Source of the DNA: an uncultured Planctomycetota bacterium | GTDB taxonomy: Bacteria > Planctomycetota > Planctomycetia > Isosphaerales > Isosphaeraceae | Assembly (NCBI GenBank): GCA_963845755.1 | Contig: CAWJTV010000011.1 | Location: 192,001 to 256,000, forward strand | DNA length: 64,000 nt | Direction: 5' to 3' | In this document: in pieces, positions 21,037 through 31,551 of the stretch | Layout of the letters: the number at the start of each line of letters is the position of its first letter | How positions within the stretch are numbered: the first letter of the stretch is position 1 | Position numbers and translations under genes: made by a program | Notes under the pieces: model-generated | Database searches by the model: none | Told to the model about the DNA's origin: nothing | The model's input: only the letters and a program-made list of their open reading frames with translations

Positions 21037-21858
21037 ATGGAAACGCGCGAACCGAACCCGATTCCTTCGTCTCCTCCGGCCCGCGCCGCAGGCGGCAGCT
21101 CGGCCCCCTCCACCGACACCGGAGGCACTCCCGTGCGCGGCCGAGCCGGGGCGATCCGCTTCTGGGCGTTGGGAGCCGGAGTGACGGCAACGCTCCTGTC
21201 CTGGCTGCTCATCGAAGCCACGCTCGGCAGCTTCAAACCGAAGGGCACGGCGAACCAGTTCATGGGTTCGACCTTCCTGATCCCGGGGGCCCAGGAGCGG
21301 GCTTCCTCGGAGACCCGGAACGCGGTCCTGGCCTTCGGGCTGATGGGTGCGGCCGTGGGGCTCGTGTTGGGCGCGACAGGGGGCCTGGTGCGGCGCTCCA
21401 CCCGTACCGCGTCGGCAGCCGTTCTTGGCCTGGTACTGGGTGCAGCCGCGGGGAGCGGAGCCGCACTGGTCGCCGTACCGGCCGCCTCTCGCGTCCACGA
21501 ACGCGATCCGGGGAACATGGCCCTCGAGATGGCCTCGTCGCTCCTGGCTCGCGGCGGGCCGTGGGGGGCCATCGGCGCCGTCGGAGGGCTGGCTTTCGGG
21601 ATCGGTCTGGGCGGCCGGGGCCGAGCCGTCCGAGGCTTGCTCGGCGGTCTCGCGGGTGCTATCGCCGGCGCGATCCTTTTCGAAGTCGTCGGAGCGCTGG
21701 CTTTGCCGGGTACCAAGACGATGGAGCCCATCGCCGCCACGTGGGGCATTCGCCTGCTCGCACAGTTCTTGGCGGTCATCTCCACGGCAGCCGGAGTTGC
21801 CGCATTCGTTTCGGATTCCGCCGACCGGCCAACCCAGGAGATATTCCATACGTTCTGA
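21037..21858 (+). CDS. Gly/Ala-rich multi-pass membrane protein
   Basis: GGAGG RBS; multiple GxxxG-rich TM helices. Confidence 0.75.
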   Translation: METREPNPIPSSPPARAAGGSSAPSTDTGGTPVRGRAGAIRFWALGAGVTATLLSWLLIEATLGSFKPKGTANQFMGSTFLIPGAQERASSETRNAVLAFGLMGAAVGLVLGATGGLVRRSTRTASAAVLGLVLGAAAGSGAALVAVPAASRVHERDPGNMALEMASSLLARGGPWGAIGAVGGLAFGIGLGGRGRAVRGLLGGLAGAIAGAILFEVVGALALPGTKTMEPIAATWGIRLLAQFLAVISTAAGVAAFVSDSADRPTQEIFHTF

Positions 21859-21957
21859 ATGAGAATCCGTGTCAGTGGAGGGCCAGACCCGAGACGAATC
21901 TGGCCCTCAGAATTCCTCGAATTCGGAGAATCCTGCAATCTTCAGCCGATCGATACG

Positions 21958-23100
21958 CTAGTAGGCGTCGGAGCTGATGACTTCGCCGTTCGCCTTGGTC
22001 CCGAGGCTCCACCACGTCATCCGGTTGATGCTGTCCTTGACGAAGCGAGCACTGCCGTCGGCGAACAAGACGTTGCATCCGCCGGGGTGATTGCTCGCGG
22101 CTCCGATGCTGAAGCTCGCGTCGGGCCAGGAGTTTGATCCGACAGAAAAATTCTCCCGACAGCCGCCGATCGGGTACTGGTGATCGTTGGGCGTCTGCAT
22201 CATGTTAAACATCGAATAACCGGAGGCGCCCAGACCCCACCGCCAGCCTTTGATGTCGGTGATGCCGGTCGTCGTGGTCATAAACTGGCTGGTGCATACC
22301 TGGAGATTGTCGAGTACCGTTTTCGGATTGGCGTACGCATCGTAGAGGGTGCCAGGGTCGGTCTCGACGGACGCGACGCCTGTCATCAAATTGCCACGGT
22401 AGCGGCTGGGCGGATTCGATCCGCCGAACACTACACCCCGACCGTCACCGACCAGCCACTCGGCGTAGGCAACGGTGTTCGAGGTACCATCGGTGCAGTT
22501 CCTGATCCCGTAGGCCAGCGCAAAGGTGAACATCCCGGTCGATCCGGACGGTTGCTGATTATAGTAAGGCGGCCCGCCCGGAGCACTCCAGTTCACGATG
22601 TAGAGCGGCAGACCGGTCGTGGCGAAGCAGGAGGCATAGTTGTTGATGTTCTGGTGGCCCCCGCCCGAGTAGGGATCGGAAGGGCACACGAACGAATTGA
22701 TCAGCGTGTGGGTGGCCGTCGTATTGATGCCCCCAGTTCCGTCGCTCGTCGTCGTTCCGGTTGCCAGCGGGCCCCAGTTGAAATTGATCGCGTTGTACAG
22801 CGGCGTCTGCTCCACAAAGCCGAGCATGAGGGCCTGGGCGCTCCAGGACGCCCAAACGCCTGGATCGTTCGCCGTATCAACCGGATTGAACGAAGTTCCC
22901 ATTGGGAAGACATCGTTGGTGGAGTGGTAGTTGTGCAGAGCAAGTCCGATCTGCTTGAGATTGTTGGTGCATTGTGCACGCCGGGCCGCCTCGCGGGCCG
23001 ACTGCACCGCCGGCAGCAAGAGCGCGATGAGAACGGCAATGATGGCGATGACCACCAACAGTTCGATCAGCGTAAAACCGCGACGGGATGATGAATTCAC
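21958..23100 (-). CDS. DUF1559 prepilin-type / H-X9-DG protein
   Basis: [32 protein letters not shown] start with GAGGAGG RBS. Confidence 0.95.
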   Translation of the reverse strand: MNSSSRRGFTLIELLVVIAIIAVLIALLLPAVQSAREAARRAQCTNNLKQIGLALHNYHSTNDVFPMGTSFNPVDTANDPGVWASWSAQALMLGFVEQTPLYNAINFNWGPLATGTTTSDGTGGINTTATHTLINSFVCPSDPYSGGGHQNINNYASCFATTGLPLYIVNWSAPGGPPYYNQQPSGSTGMFTFALAYGIRNCTDGTSNTVAYAEWLVGDGRGVVFGGSNPPSRYRGNLMTGVASVETDPGTLYDAYANPKTVLDNLQVCTSQFMTTTTGITDIKGWRWGLGASGYSMFNMMQTPNDHQYPIGGCRENFSVGSNSWPDASFSIGAASNHPGGCNVLFADGSARFVKDSINRMTWWSLGTKANGEVISSDAY

Positions 23101-23225
23101 GTGAAACCTCCTCAAGTCACGCGACACATGGGTCGATTGACGACTCCCAGGGGTGAGTTACGAGACTGGCACGATGCGGGTGGGCGAAACCGGCCCCGGC
23201 GATCGAATCGCGGTCCGATGCGTGC

Positions 23226-23474
23226 TCAGGGCGATTTCTTCTTCGCGTTGTTCGCTTTGGCCTTGGCTTCGGCTTGGCTCTTGGCCTCGGCAATGAGCTG
23301 GTCGCGATACCCCTTTCCCAGGTGCTGTTGAACCTGCTTCTGCTGCTCCACATTGATCGAGGCCGGCTTGGAACTATCTCCATCGCCACAGCCGGCCACC
23401 AAGCCGGCGATTCCGGCCGCGACGCCGAGGAGGAGGCAACCCTCCCTGCGAAATGCACGATCACTGACCGGCAT
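23226..23474 (-). CDS. Small lipoprotein
   Basis: LLLGVAAGIAGLVAGC lipobox; upstream of the DUF1559 gene. Confidence 0.7.
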   Translation of the reverse strand: MPVSDRAFRREGCLLLGVAAGIAGLVAGCGDGDSSKPASINVEQQKQVQQHLGKGYRDQLIAEAKSQAEAKAKANNAKKKSP

Positions 23475-23807
23475 ACTTCGGACTCCTGGACTGCGGATCG
23501 TGCGCGCAACAACCGCCCGAATCTCGGCCCAAATGAAGACGGGATCGTCTCCGACCTTGCCGAATTCCGACCGTGTTGACCGGCTGCTTACCTCGGGAGA
23601 GAATAGCTCGCACGTTCCTGAAGAATTGCGTTTGCCATCACGGACAGGGCGGTGATCTCGAGGCTTCACGCGCGAGGAGCGATCCGAGAACGAGATTTCC
23701 CCCTAGAAGAATAGGGTTCCGGAAGCTCTCGAATAGTTGCTTGCGTGCTCTTAAGTCACAATCCGGTAATACCTAACCCGGACCTAGCATACTTTTCGAC
23801 CTGATCC

Positions 23808-23827
23808 CAACATTGGATCCAATGTTG
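23808..23827. promoter_or_regulatory. Perfect 20-bp palindrome, candidate operator
   Basis: CAACATTGGATCCAATGTTG in an AT-richer divergent intergenic region. Confidence 0.6.
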
Positions 23828-24189
23828 AGAGTGTGACATGACGGATGATTGACATAGATGACGATCCATCGTCAGATAGGGAGCCTCTCTTGGTTCCCGC
23901 GTACCTCGCGACCCCCTGAGCTGGAGATGAACAGTAGGAAGATACTCGTGTGATAGGGGAAATGCAAGGACTTTTTTTCCCATCCCCACGACCAGTCGTG
24001 CAGCATCCATCGGCTCAGGACTCGAGCCGATGGGTATGAAGCGGGAGAGGAAAGCGGTATCATCACATCGCATTGTCCCGGATGTTCGCACATCGAGTAC
24101 CACGTCCGTGCGACCGGAGATCCCGCAGGCCCGGGGCGCATGGGCCCCGATGCAGGGACGGGCGAGTGATCACCTGGGGTTCGACGTTC

Positions 24190-26073
24190 ATGAGATTGCG
24201 AATCTTTACGCCTCCGTCCGTCCTGCTGATCACCATGTTCGTCCCGGTGGCCGCCGCTTCGGGTCAGGCCGTGGAACGGATCGAACCGCCATCGTGGTGG
24301 GTCGAAAGGGAGAGGCAAGATCTCACCCTTCTGATCGAGGGGTCGAATTTGCTCGGGGCCGACGTTCGGGTCTCGAGCGGGCCGATTCGGATCGAGAGGA
24401 TCGAGCCAGGGCGAGAGGGGCGCGCGCTGTTCGTCGACGTGACGGTCCCCGGCGGGGCGGAGGTGGGTCGCTGCGCGATCGAGGTCGCGGCAGGGGGTCG
24501 GACGATCCGGCGCGACTGGGAACTGGTGGCAAAGCCCGCGCGGCGGCCCCAGCCATTCGGCCCAGACGATGTCATCTACCTGGTCATGCCCGACCGTTTC
24601 GCCAACGGCGATCCTACGAACGACGAGTCCAAGGAGGGGGACCGGATGCTCGACCGCCGCGACACGCACGCCTACCACGGCGGCGACTTCGCCGGCCTTC
24701 GCAAGAAGTTACCCGACCTGGCCGATCTCGGCGTCACGGCGGTCTGGGTCACGCCGGTCTACCGCCCCGCGCCGACGTGGTACACGGCAAACCTCGGAAG
24801 AACGCCGCGGAAGATGGCGGACTTCCACGGCTATTCCGCGGTCGACTTCTACGACATCAATCCTCGATTTGGATCGTTGTCCGATTACCGAGCTCTTGTG
24901 GACGAGGCCCATCGGCTCGGCCTGAAGATGATCCAGGATCACGTCGTCGGCCATACCGGCCCGAAGCACCGCTGGGTTGTCCACCCGCCGACAGATGACT
25001 GGTTCCACGGACCGATCGACCACCCACCGGTGTGTACCTTCCTGTTCGACGCACTGACCAACCCCCACGCGCGTGAGGCCGACCGTCGGGGGGTGACCGA
25101 CGGCTGGTTCGCAGGCATCCTGCCCGACCTCAATCTGCGCGACTCTCGTGCCGGCCGCTATGCGATCCAGCAGTCACTCTGGTGGATCACGTTGTTCCAG
25201 GCCGACGGAGTCCGGCTCGACACATATCCATTGGTCGACCGCGTCTTCTGGCGGGACTGGAGTCGCCGACTCAAGGCGGTCCACCCGGAAATCCGGGCCG
25301 TCGGCGAGGCGTGGGTGGCGGATGCAGCCAACCTGAGCTTCTTCCAGGGAGGACGTGCGGGCTGGGACGGCATCGACCCGGGCATCGACGCGGTCTTCGA
25401 CTTCCCGCTGTACCAGACGTCCGTCGGGGTCTTCTCGGGCCGGGCACCGGCGTCCGCGCTGGCCCAGGCGCTGCGGTACGATGGGTTGTACCCGCGCCCC
25501 GACCTCCTGGTGACGTTCCTCGACAACCACGATACTCCGCGGCTCGCCGCCGTGCCGGGCGTGACCCCCGCACGACTCCGGCTGGCAGTTGCCTTCCTGC
25601 TGACGACCCGGGGCATCCCCCAGATCACCTGGGGCGACGAGATCGGACTGCCCGGCCACATGGATGACCGCCGCGACCTCCCCGGTGGCTTCCCCGGCGA
25701 CCCGCGCGACGCCTTCACTGCCGCGGGGCGGGCTCCCGAGGAACAACGACTCTTCGCCGCATACCGCGACCTCCTGCGGCTCCGCAAGGCGTTACCAGCC
25801 CTGCGCCGAGGAACGCTTACCGACCTCGTCGCCAGCGAGAAAGTCTACGTCTACCTGCGTCACATTGGGGATGAGTCTGTCCTCGTTGCGTTGAACCTGG
25901 GCAAGGATGCGGCCGAGGTACCACTCCCAACCGAACCTTCCGGGGCGGCCGAGCGACTATACGGCGAGGCCCGGTGGGTCGACACCCCTCGGGGCCCCCT
26001 CATCGCACTGCCGGGCGAGTCGGCCGCGGTCTTCCGGCGGTATGGCGGCCAGCCGTCCACGGCAGATAGGTGA
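24190..26073 (+). CDS. GH13 alpha-amylase / cyclomaltodextrinase (secreted)
   Basis: IEPPSWW N-domain, YLVMPDRFANGD, YHGGDFAG, GVRLDT, GEAW, FLDNHD catalytic motifs. Confidence 0.93.
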   Translation: MRLRIFTPPSVLLITMFVPVAAASGQAVERIEPPSWWVERERQDLTLLIEGSNLLGADVRVSSGPIRIERIEPGREGRALFVDVTVPGGAEVGRCAIEVAAGGRTIRRDWELVAKPARRPQPFGPDDVIYLVMPDRFANGDPTNDESKEGDRMLDRRDTHAYHGGDFAGLRKKLPDLADLGVTAVWVTPVYRPAPTWYTANLGRTPRKMADFHGYSAVDFYDINPRFGSLSDYRALVDEAHRLGLKMIQDHVVGHTGPKHRWVVHPPTDDWFHGPIDHPPVCTFLFDALTNPHAREADRRGVTDGWFAGILPDLNLRDSRAGRYAIQQSLWWITLFQADGVRLDTYPLVDRVFWRDWSRRLKAVHPEIRAVGEAWVADAANLSFFQGGRAGWDGIDPGIDAVFDFPLYQTSVGVFSGRAPASALAQALRYDGLYPRPDLLVTFLDNHDTPRLAAVPGVTPARLRLAVAFLLTTRGIPQITWGDEIGLPGHMDDRRDLPGGFPGDPRDAFTAAGRAPEEQRLFAAYRDLLRLRKALPALRRGTLTDLVASEKVYVYLRHIGDESVLVALNLGKDAAEVPLPTEPSGAAERLYGEARWVDTPRGPLIALPGESAAVFRRYGGQPSTADR

Positions 26074-26235
26074 GGAAACAGCCACTGAGAGCTTTGGAGT
26101 CGGACCATGCGGCGACTCGGGGCCAGGGTGCCAGTCAACCGACGAAAGATTTCATGACCGCGAACGAACATCCCGGTAGACTCGAGTGCCCGACGGTTGG
26201 ATTCCGCCCGCCAGTACCAGCACCTGGCCGATTCC

Positions 26236-26255
26236 GTAGAGTGCTCTGTGAGCAC
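26236..26255 (+). repeat. GTAG REP, left half of the doublet split by IS4
   Basis: GTAGAGTGCTCTGTGAGCAC; inverted partner GTGCTCACGGGGCACCCTAC at 27779-27798. Confidence 0.75.
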
Positions 26256-26265
26256 CGCTTAGGGC

Positions 26266-27753
26266 CAATACCGTTTAAGGAAGCATAACCACTGTCTCTG
26301 CAAAGGTTTTCTTCAAGGGCGGAATGTGTCGATGTTTGGATCGTTTCTTTTTCCACTTGGACATTTTACGCTTGATCACTCGCGGATTGATCCGGTTCCT
26401 CCGCATTTCGTCATCGGTGCGCTCCCCCTGCATCTCCCACAACAATCCCTGGTACCACTCCTCGAACGCCTCGGGGGTCGAGCTGTTGCATTCTGGCAAC
26501 CGGCACTTGAGGATCTGGAAGCACCCCAGAAACGACAGCCGATCCGGGTCCAGCCCCACGGTCCCGGCGGCCGCAACCATCAAGGCTCGGATCACGAAAT
26601 GACCCAGCGACAGCGCATAGATCTCCTGGATCACCCCCGCCGGGGTCTCGCTTCGCATCTGTGCCGGCTTGGTCGCCCGCCGCGGATCATGATGGGTCTT
26701 TTGCTCATCATAGACCAACTCCTGTTCCCATCTCTCGTGATAAAGAATAATCAATTCTTCAGCAGGATAAAGCTCCGCGTCAAGGAGATTCGTGATCAGC
26801 ACATGAGTTTCACCGTGTCCGACTCGTTGCGGGTCGTCCAGTGTATAGCGGATCACCCGGACGACGATCCCATCCCGATCGATCTGACGGTCGTAGCAAC
26901 CCCGATAAATCTTGGCCAGGTACGAGCCATCCGCCAGGTTTTGGATCGACTTGAGGATCAAGCCGCTTTTCACGCGTGCCAACAGCTGGACGCCCCGCAA
27001 CATCGCCGTTTTCCAGTGGTCATAGCTGAAAAACCCGCGATCCTCCAACAGGAGCATCTCCGGAGTCAGATGGCGGAGCAAGCCGCCGACCATCGACGGT
27101 TCGCCGTGGGCGATCGACCGGACCACGAAGGCCAGTTCGATGTGGGTCCCCAATTCGACCAGGCTCAGCTTGCGGACTTGGGGGAACGCGCCGTCGCCGC
27201 GCGGCCCGGCCGAGGGCGCGCGAAGGCCGCGGCGTTGGCCTCCGAGTCGGGGACATCGTAGACGGTCCCATCGATGCCGACCAGGCGGAACCCGCGGTAG
27301 AAGGCTCCGGGCGTATCGGGCCGGGCCAGAGGATGAACGACGTGCTCGAACAGGTGGCGGACCGGCGCGATGCCCAGGCGTTGCCGGGCCACACACAGGC
27401 TGGATCGATGGGGACTCTCCTCGCCGACTCGGAGCCGGCGTGCATGCTTGAAGACTTGGCGGATCGGCAAGTCGGTCAACAGCCCCATGGCCAGGACCAC
27501 CCAGCAAACAATCTCGTGGGTCAGTGTGCAACGTCGTTGATTGGTTTTACCGGTGGCCGCGAGGACTTGGCGAACGGCCTCGGGCGAGATAATCTGTTCC
27601 AGTCCCGCCAAGCGATCCAAGATCCGGCCCGACCCATCGGGCGGCAGCGTGCAATGTCCGTGCGGCATGCGAGTCATGGCCTCCGTGTTGCTTGGGTCGT
27701 GAGTAAACCCAAAGTAACAGGAGGCTGTGGCTTGCACTATTTCAACGGTATTG
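26266..27753 (-). mobile_element. IS4-family insertion sequence (1488 bp)
   Basis: Terminal IRs CAATACCGTTTAA / TTCAACGGTATTG; 10-bp direct repeats CGCTTAGGGC at 26256-26265 and 27754-27763. Confidence 0.93.
26275..27668 (-). CDS. IS4-family DDE transposase (frameshift near 27200)
   Basis: IS4 N-terminal domain, IDGT, DRGF, Y(2)R(3)E(6)K signature YHERWEQELVYDEQK. Confidence 0.92.
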
Positions 27754-27973
27754 CGCTTAGGGCCGGCGATGAGCCTCAGTGCTCACGGGGCACCCTACTG
27801 GCCTGTAACCATCCCAGGCGTGAATCGCTCTCAATAAATAGGGGCCGCTCATCTCGCCGCGCCAGTGGCGTATTTGAACGGTCCAATACGAGTTATAAGT
27901 TAGACCTCATCGGTGCAATTCGCACGGCCGAGGTTGCGGCCACGACCCTTGGAGCGATTGGAGTCGGGAGGAG

Positions 27974-28562
27974 ATGCACGATATCATCTGTGCAACTGAT
28001 GTGATCGATGCCGGCGCACCGCGCGCGGCCAGCGAGTTATTGCCGCAAGTCTACGACGACCTCCGCAAGCTCGCGGCGCAAAAGCTCGCCCAGGAGAAGC
28101 CGGGCCAAACGCTCGACGCCACCGCGCTCGTGCACGAGGCATACATGCGGCTCGTGGAAGGCGGGAAGGACGGCACCTCGCGCGTCAGCGACCCCATCTG
28201 GGCCAATCGCCGACACTTCTTCGCCGCCGCCGCCGAGGCGATGCGCCGCATCCTCGTCGAGAACGCCCGCCGCAAGGGGCGCGAGAAGCACGGCGGCGGA
28301 CGGCGACGCGAATACGCTGATCTGGACGCCCTCAGTGCCGGCGGCTATCCGCAGGACATCCTGGCCTTGCACGGGGCATTGGAGCAGTTCGCGCTCCACG
28401 ACCCCCTCAAGGCCAAGCTCGTCGAACTGCGATTTTTCGGCGGACTGACCCTGGAGCAGGCGGCTGCTTGCCTGGAGATCTCCCTCTCCACCGCCGACCG
28501 CGCCTGGCGGTATAGCCGCGCACTGGCTGTATACCGCGATGGCCGGCGCAGATCCCACCTAA
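27974..28562 (+). CDS. ECF sigma factor, TIGR02999/ECF43-like (probable frameshift near 28521)
   Basis: LLPQVYDDLRKLAAQKLAQEKPGQTLDATALVHEAY, HFFAAAAEAMRRILVENAR, LVELRFFGGLT; the typical RAWLY ending is in the shifted frame. Confidence 0.9.
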
Positions 28563-28576
28563 AGACCACTCCCGCC

Positions 28577-28604
28577 TGACGTGTTTCAGACCCCCGCGTC
28601 GCAT
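28577..28604 (+). promoter_or_regulatory. Putative ECF promoter, copy 1 (TGACG-N18-CGCAT)
   Basis: Same motif and spacing recur at 30635, 31427, 34984 and 38440. Confidence 0.65.
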
Positions 28605-29098
28605 GAAGGGGGGACGAGCACGGCTGACCATCGCCGCAGTGGCGCCAACGGTCGTGAACTTTGCCAGTCAAGCGGTTCGCGCAGCCAGGGGTCCCACCGT
28701 GAGGAAGCTACCGTTCAAGACGTTCCTGTCGAAGGTCATGGGCTGGGGCGGTGCAATCGGTCAACGGAAGGCGCGGAATGGCCACAACGCGACGTCCCGT
28801 CTACGGCGTGGGTCGGCCGGCGACCTGTCGATTGACAACCCGCTGGCGGCGGTCGTCCGCAGGATGCTGCAGTCGGACGAAGCCGACACGTGCCGGATCC
28901 CGATTTTGGTCCGGATGACGCCCGAGGTCCCCAGGTCCCAGGAAGAAGATAACCGGCATCATGAGCATGACGATTGCCAGCTCGTTTCATCCCCCTGGCC
29001 GGAGGCATCGGGCCGATGGCCTCGAATCGGCGCCCCGAGCTCCTGATCGATCGCCATCCTCGATGGGCCAATCGTCGTCAGGTCATCCCCATTCGCCC

Positions 29099-30155
29099 TC
29101 AGGACGCCGTTCTCTTTCCGAGGCTTCGGACGGCCAGGAGACCGGTTGAAGGCGAACGCTGGCCCCTCAGATCCAGGAGCCGGATCGTCTCATCGCTGCC
29201 GGCGAACGCCATCCAACTTCCGTCGGGCGAGAACGCGACGGACTTGACCCAGCGCGGCGTGTCATCGATCAAGGTGGCCAATGCAGCTCCCGGTGGTGAG
29301 ATCCCGGACCTCGATACGCCCATCGCTCCCGGCGGTCGCCAAGGTGCGGCCGTCGGGCGAGAAGGTCACGACGTGGACGCCGCAGGGATGGCCGGTCAGT
29401 CGAGTCCGGATCGCGCCGGTTTCCACGTCCCATAGCATAAGATCCTGCGTCATTCGAGCAGGCTCGCCAAGGCCGACCGTCCGGCCGTCGGGCGAGAAGG
29501 CCACCGATCGCATCGGCACGTTCCCCTTGCTGGCGAGGACGCGCAACACAACGCCGTGGATCGCGTCCCAAAGCACGACGCGCCCTTCAGGGCTCGCCGA
29601 GATCAGGCGCTTCCTATCCGGTGAGAACGCGACGCTCCATACCGCGCCGGTATGGCCGCGCAAGACCATCCGCTCCCGCGCCGAGGGCATGTCCCAGAGC
29701 CGGATCGTGCCATCTTCCGCCCCCAGGGCCAAGGTGCGTCCATCCGGCGAGAACGACAGGCTGTGGTAGCTCTCGCCGGCTCGCTCCACCTCCCGTTGAA
29801 ACTCCGGCCGACAAGACCAGATCGTCACGGATCCATGGCCTGCCGATGCCAGGAGCGAGCCATCGGGGGAGAAGGCCGTCGCGAACCGTGCCGAGTCGTG
29901 CGGCAAGATCACCGACTCGACCTTATGTCCCTCGGCCCAGAGAGCAAAGTCCCAGAGCCGCACCGTACTGTCCCAACCGCAGGAGGCGAGGGTCCGGCCA
30001 TCGGGCGAGAAGGTCACCGCTTCCACGAGGCGAGTGTGGCCGGCCAACGTCAGCGTGCGGGACGCCGAAGGGTCGCCTTCGGAGGGATCGAAGCAGACGA
30101 TCGCCGCGACCATGAGCAGGATCGCGGCGAACAGAGACCTCCAGGCCCTCGGCAT
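29099..30155 (-). CDS. WD40 repeat protein (frameshift near 29280)
   Basis: GH...VxFSPDGRTLAS...DxTIRLWD repeats; N-terminal TM segment. Confidence 0.9.
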
Positions 30156-30634
30156 GACGCGTGTCTTCCCGGCCGAGACCCGCTCCGGAATGCCGTCAGA
30201 CCGACACGTCGCCGACCAGCTCGTCGAATCATCTTCGCGCGGCATCTTTCGCAGCTCCCCTATTCAAGGATCGTGGTTGGGCTCGGCCACGAGGTCTCGT
30301 CGCGCTCCTGTTGACGGCCGAGGCGTACTCTCGTCCCGCGGCGCGCAACGGCCCCGTGACGGCGGCGTCGAGACCTCGATGACGGACTCGGCTCGGCCTC
30401 GATTTGGTTTCGCTAAAAAGGCAAAGCGGTCACAGCCGTTGCCGCGACTCTCGATTCACGAACAGGTTCACTTGCGCGATCAGTCGGCGAACCGACTCTC
30501 TATGCGACATCCCGACGCCGAGAACGTCAGGAGACCCACGGTTTTCTCGGGAAAGATGGGAATCTTCCCCATCCCCAACCCCGGCGAGTTGCTCCGGATC
30601 CGACATCGCACACTCGGCTTTGTCCCCGGATCCC

Positions 30635-30662
30635 CGACGTGTTTCGGGATCCCGCGTCGCAC
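30635..30662 (+). promoter_or_regulatory. Degenerate ECF promoter, copy 2 (CGACG-N18-CGCAC)
   Basis: CGACGTGTTTCGGGATCCCGCGTCGCAC followed by GTGACGAGCACG as in the other copies. Confidence 0.55.
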
Positions 30663-30991
30663 GAAGTGGTGACGAGCACGAAAGTCTTTGACGAAAAAAC
30701 CGTAACCCTGGAGACCGCCACTGACACTCTTACAGCAGGACGGAGTTCAAACAAGAATCGGTTGTCCATTGATCAATGGCTTCACGGTGACGAAGAACCA
30801 CGGTGTCTCGACCCGGTACTTCCCGGCTGAAGCGACGAATGCCCTTCGACGCCGCAGGACGAAATGACGCACCTCGTGCACGGCGTAGTCCCGGTTAGTT
30901 AGACACCCGCGGCGTAAGCACCGAATCGCCCGGCAGGCCTCGTTTCACCGAGCGGTCGTGATCGAATCCGCCCTCTCCAAAGGAGACCCCC

Positions 30992-31384
30992 GTGACCATC
31001 GAGGAATTCTCGGACGTGGGCGTCACCAAAGATTCCACCAGCGGCGATGGAACCGCCTGGGGTCTGGCGTCTCTCGGTCTCGGCGCAGTCGCACTGCTCG
31101 CCGCCCCGAGCACGCTGGTCGTCAACGTGCTGCTTTGGCAGTCCGTTCACATGGGAGGCCTACCGAAAGGGCTGGCCTTTCTCGGCGCGACGCTCGGTCT
31201 CCTGGTGATGTTGGGCCTCGCGTGCTGCGGCACCGTGTTCGGGATGAGGGGTCGCCGCATCCATCGCGATCATGGACGACAGTCGCCGCTGGCGGCCGCT
31301 GGCGTCTTGGTTGGAGTTGCGGCCACGATCATCTGGATCATCGTGGGTATCGATCTCTTCGCAATCCTGTTGTCATTTCTCTAA
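30992..31384 (+). CDS. Small three-TM membrane protein
   Basis: AGGAG RBS; three hydrophobic helices. Confidence 0.7.
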   Translation: MTIEEFSDVGVTKDSTSGDGTAWGLASLGLGAVALLAAPSTLVVNVLLWQSVHMGGLPKGLAFLGATLGLLVMLGLACCGTVFGMRGRRIHRDHGRQSPLAAAGVLVGVAATIIWIIVGIDLFAILLSFL

Positions 31385-31426
31385 AAGCCTACCGGACGCA
31401 GATCCCGAATAAAGATGTCTCGCTCC

Positions 31427-31454
31427 TGACGTGTTTCCGATCCCCGCGTCGCAT
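31427..31454 (+). promoter_or_regulatory. Putative ECF promoter, copy 3
   Basis: TGACGTGTTTCCGATCCCCGCGTCGCAT, about 100 bp upstream of ATG 31552. Confidence 0.65.
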
Positions 31455-31551
31455 GGAGGGGTGACGAGCACGGCCGATCATCGCCGCAGTGGCACCGACG
31501 GTCGTGATCACTACCAGTCAAGCGGTTGCGCGCGCAGCCAGGGGTCCTACC

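Noticed and set aside
26186..26219. tRNA/tmRNA-like 3' end (GACGG-TTGGATT-CCGCC-CGCCAGT-ACCA) as an att remnant
   Set aside because: T-loop and stem are imperfect, no matching 5' half and no integrase nearby
30410..30480. c-di-GMP-I riboswitch-like start (AAAAGGCAAA...)
   Set aside because: Lacks the GAAA tetraloop and GACGCAAAG core
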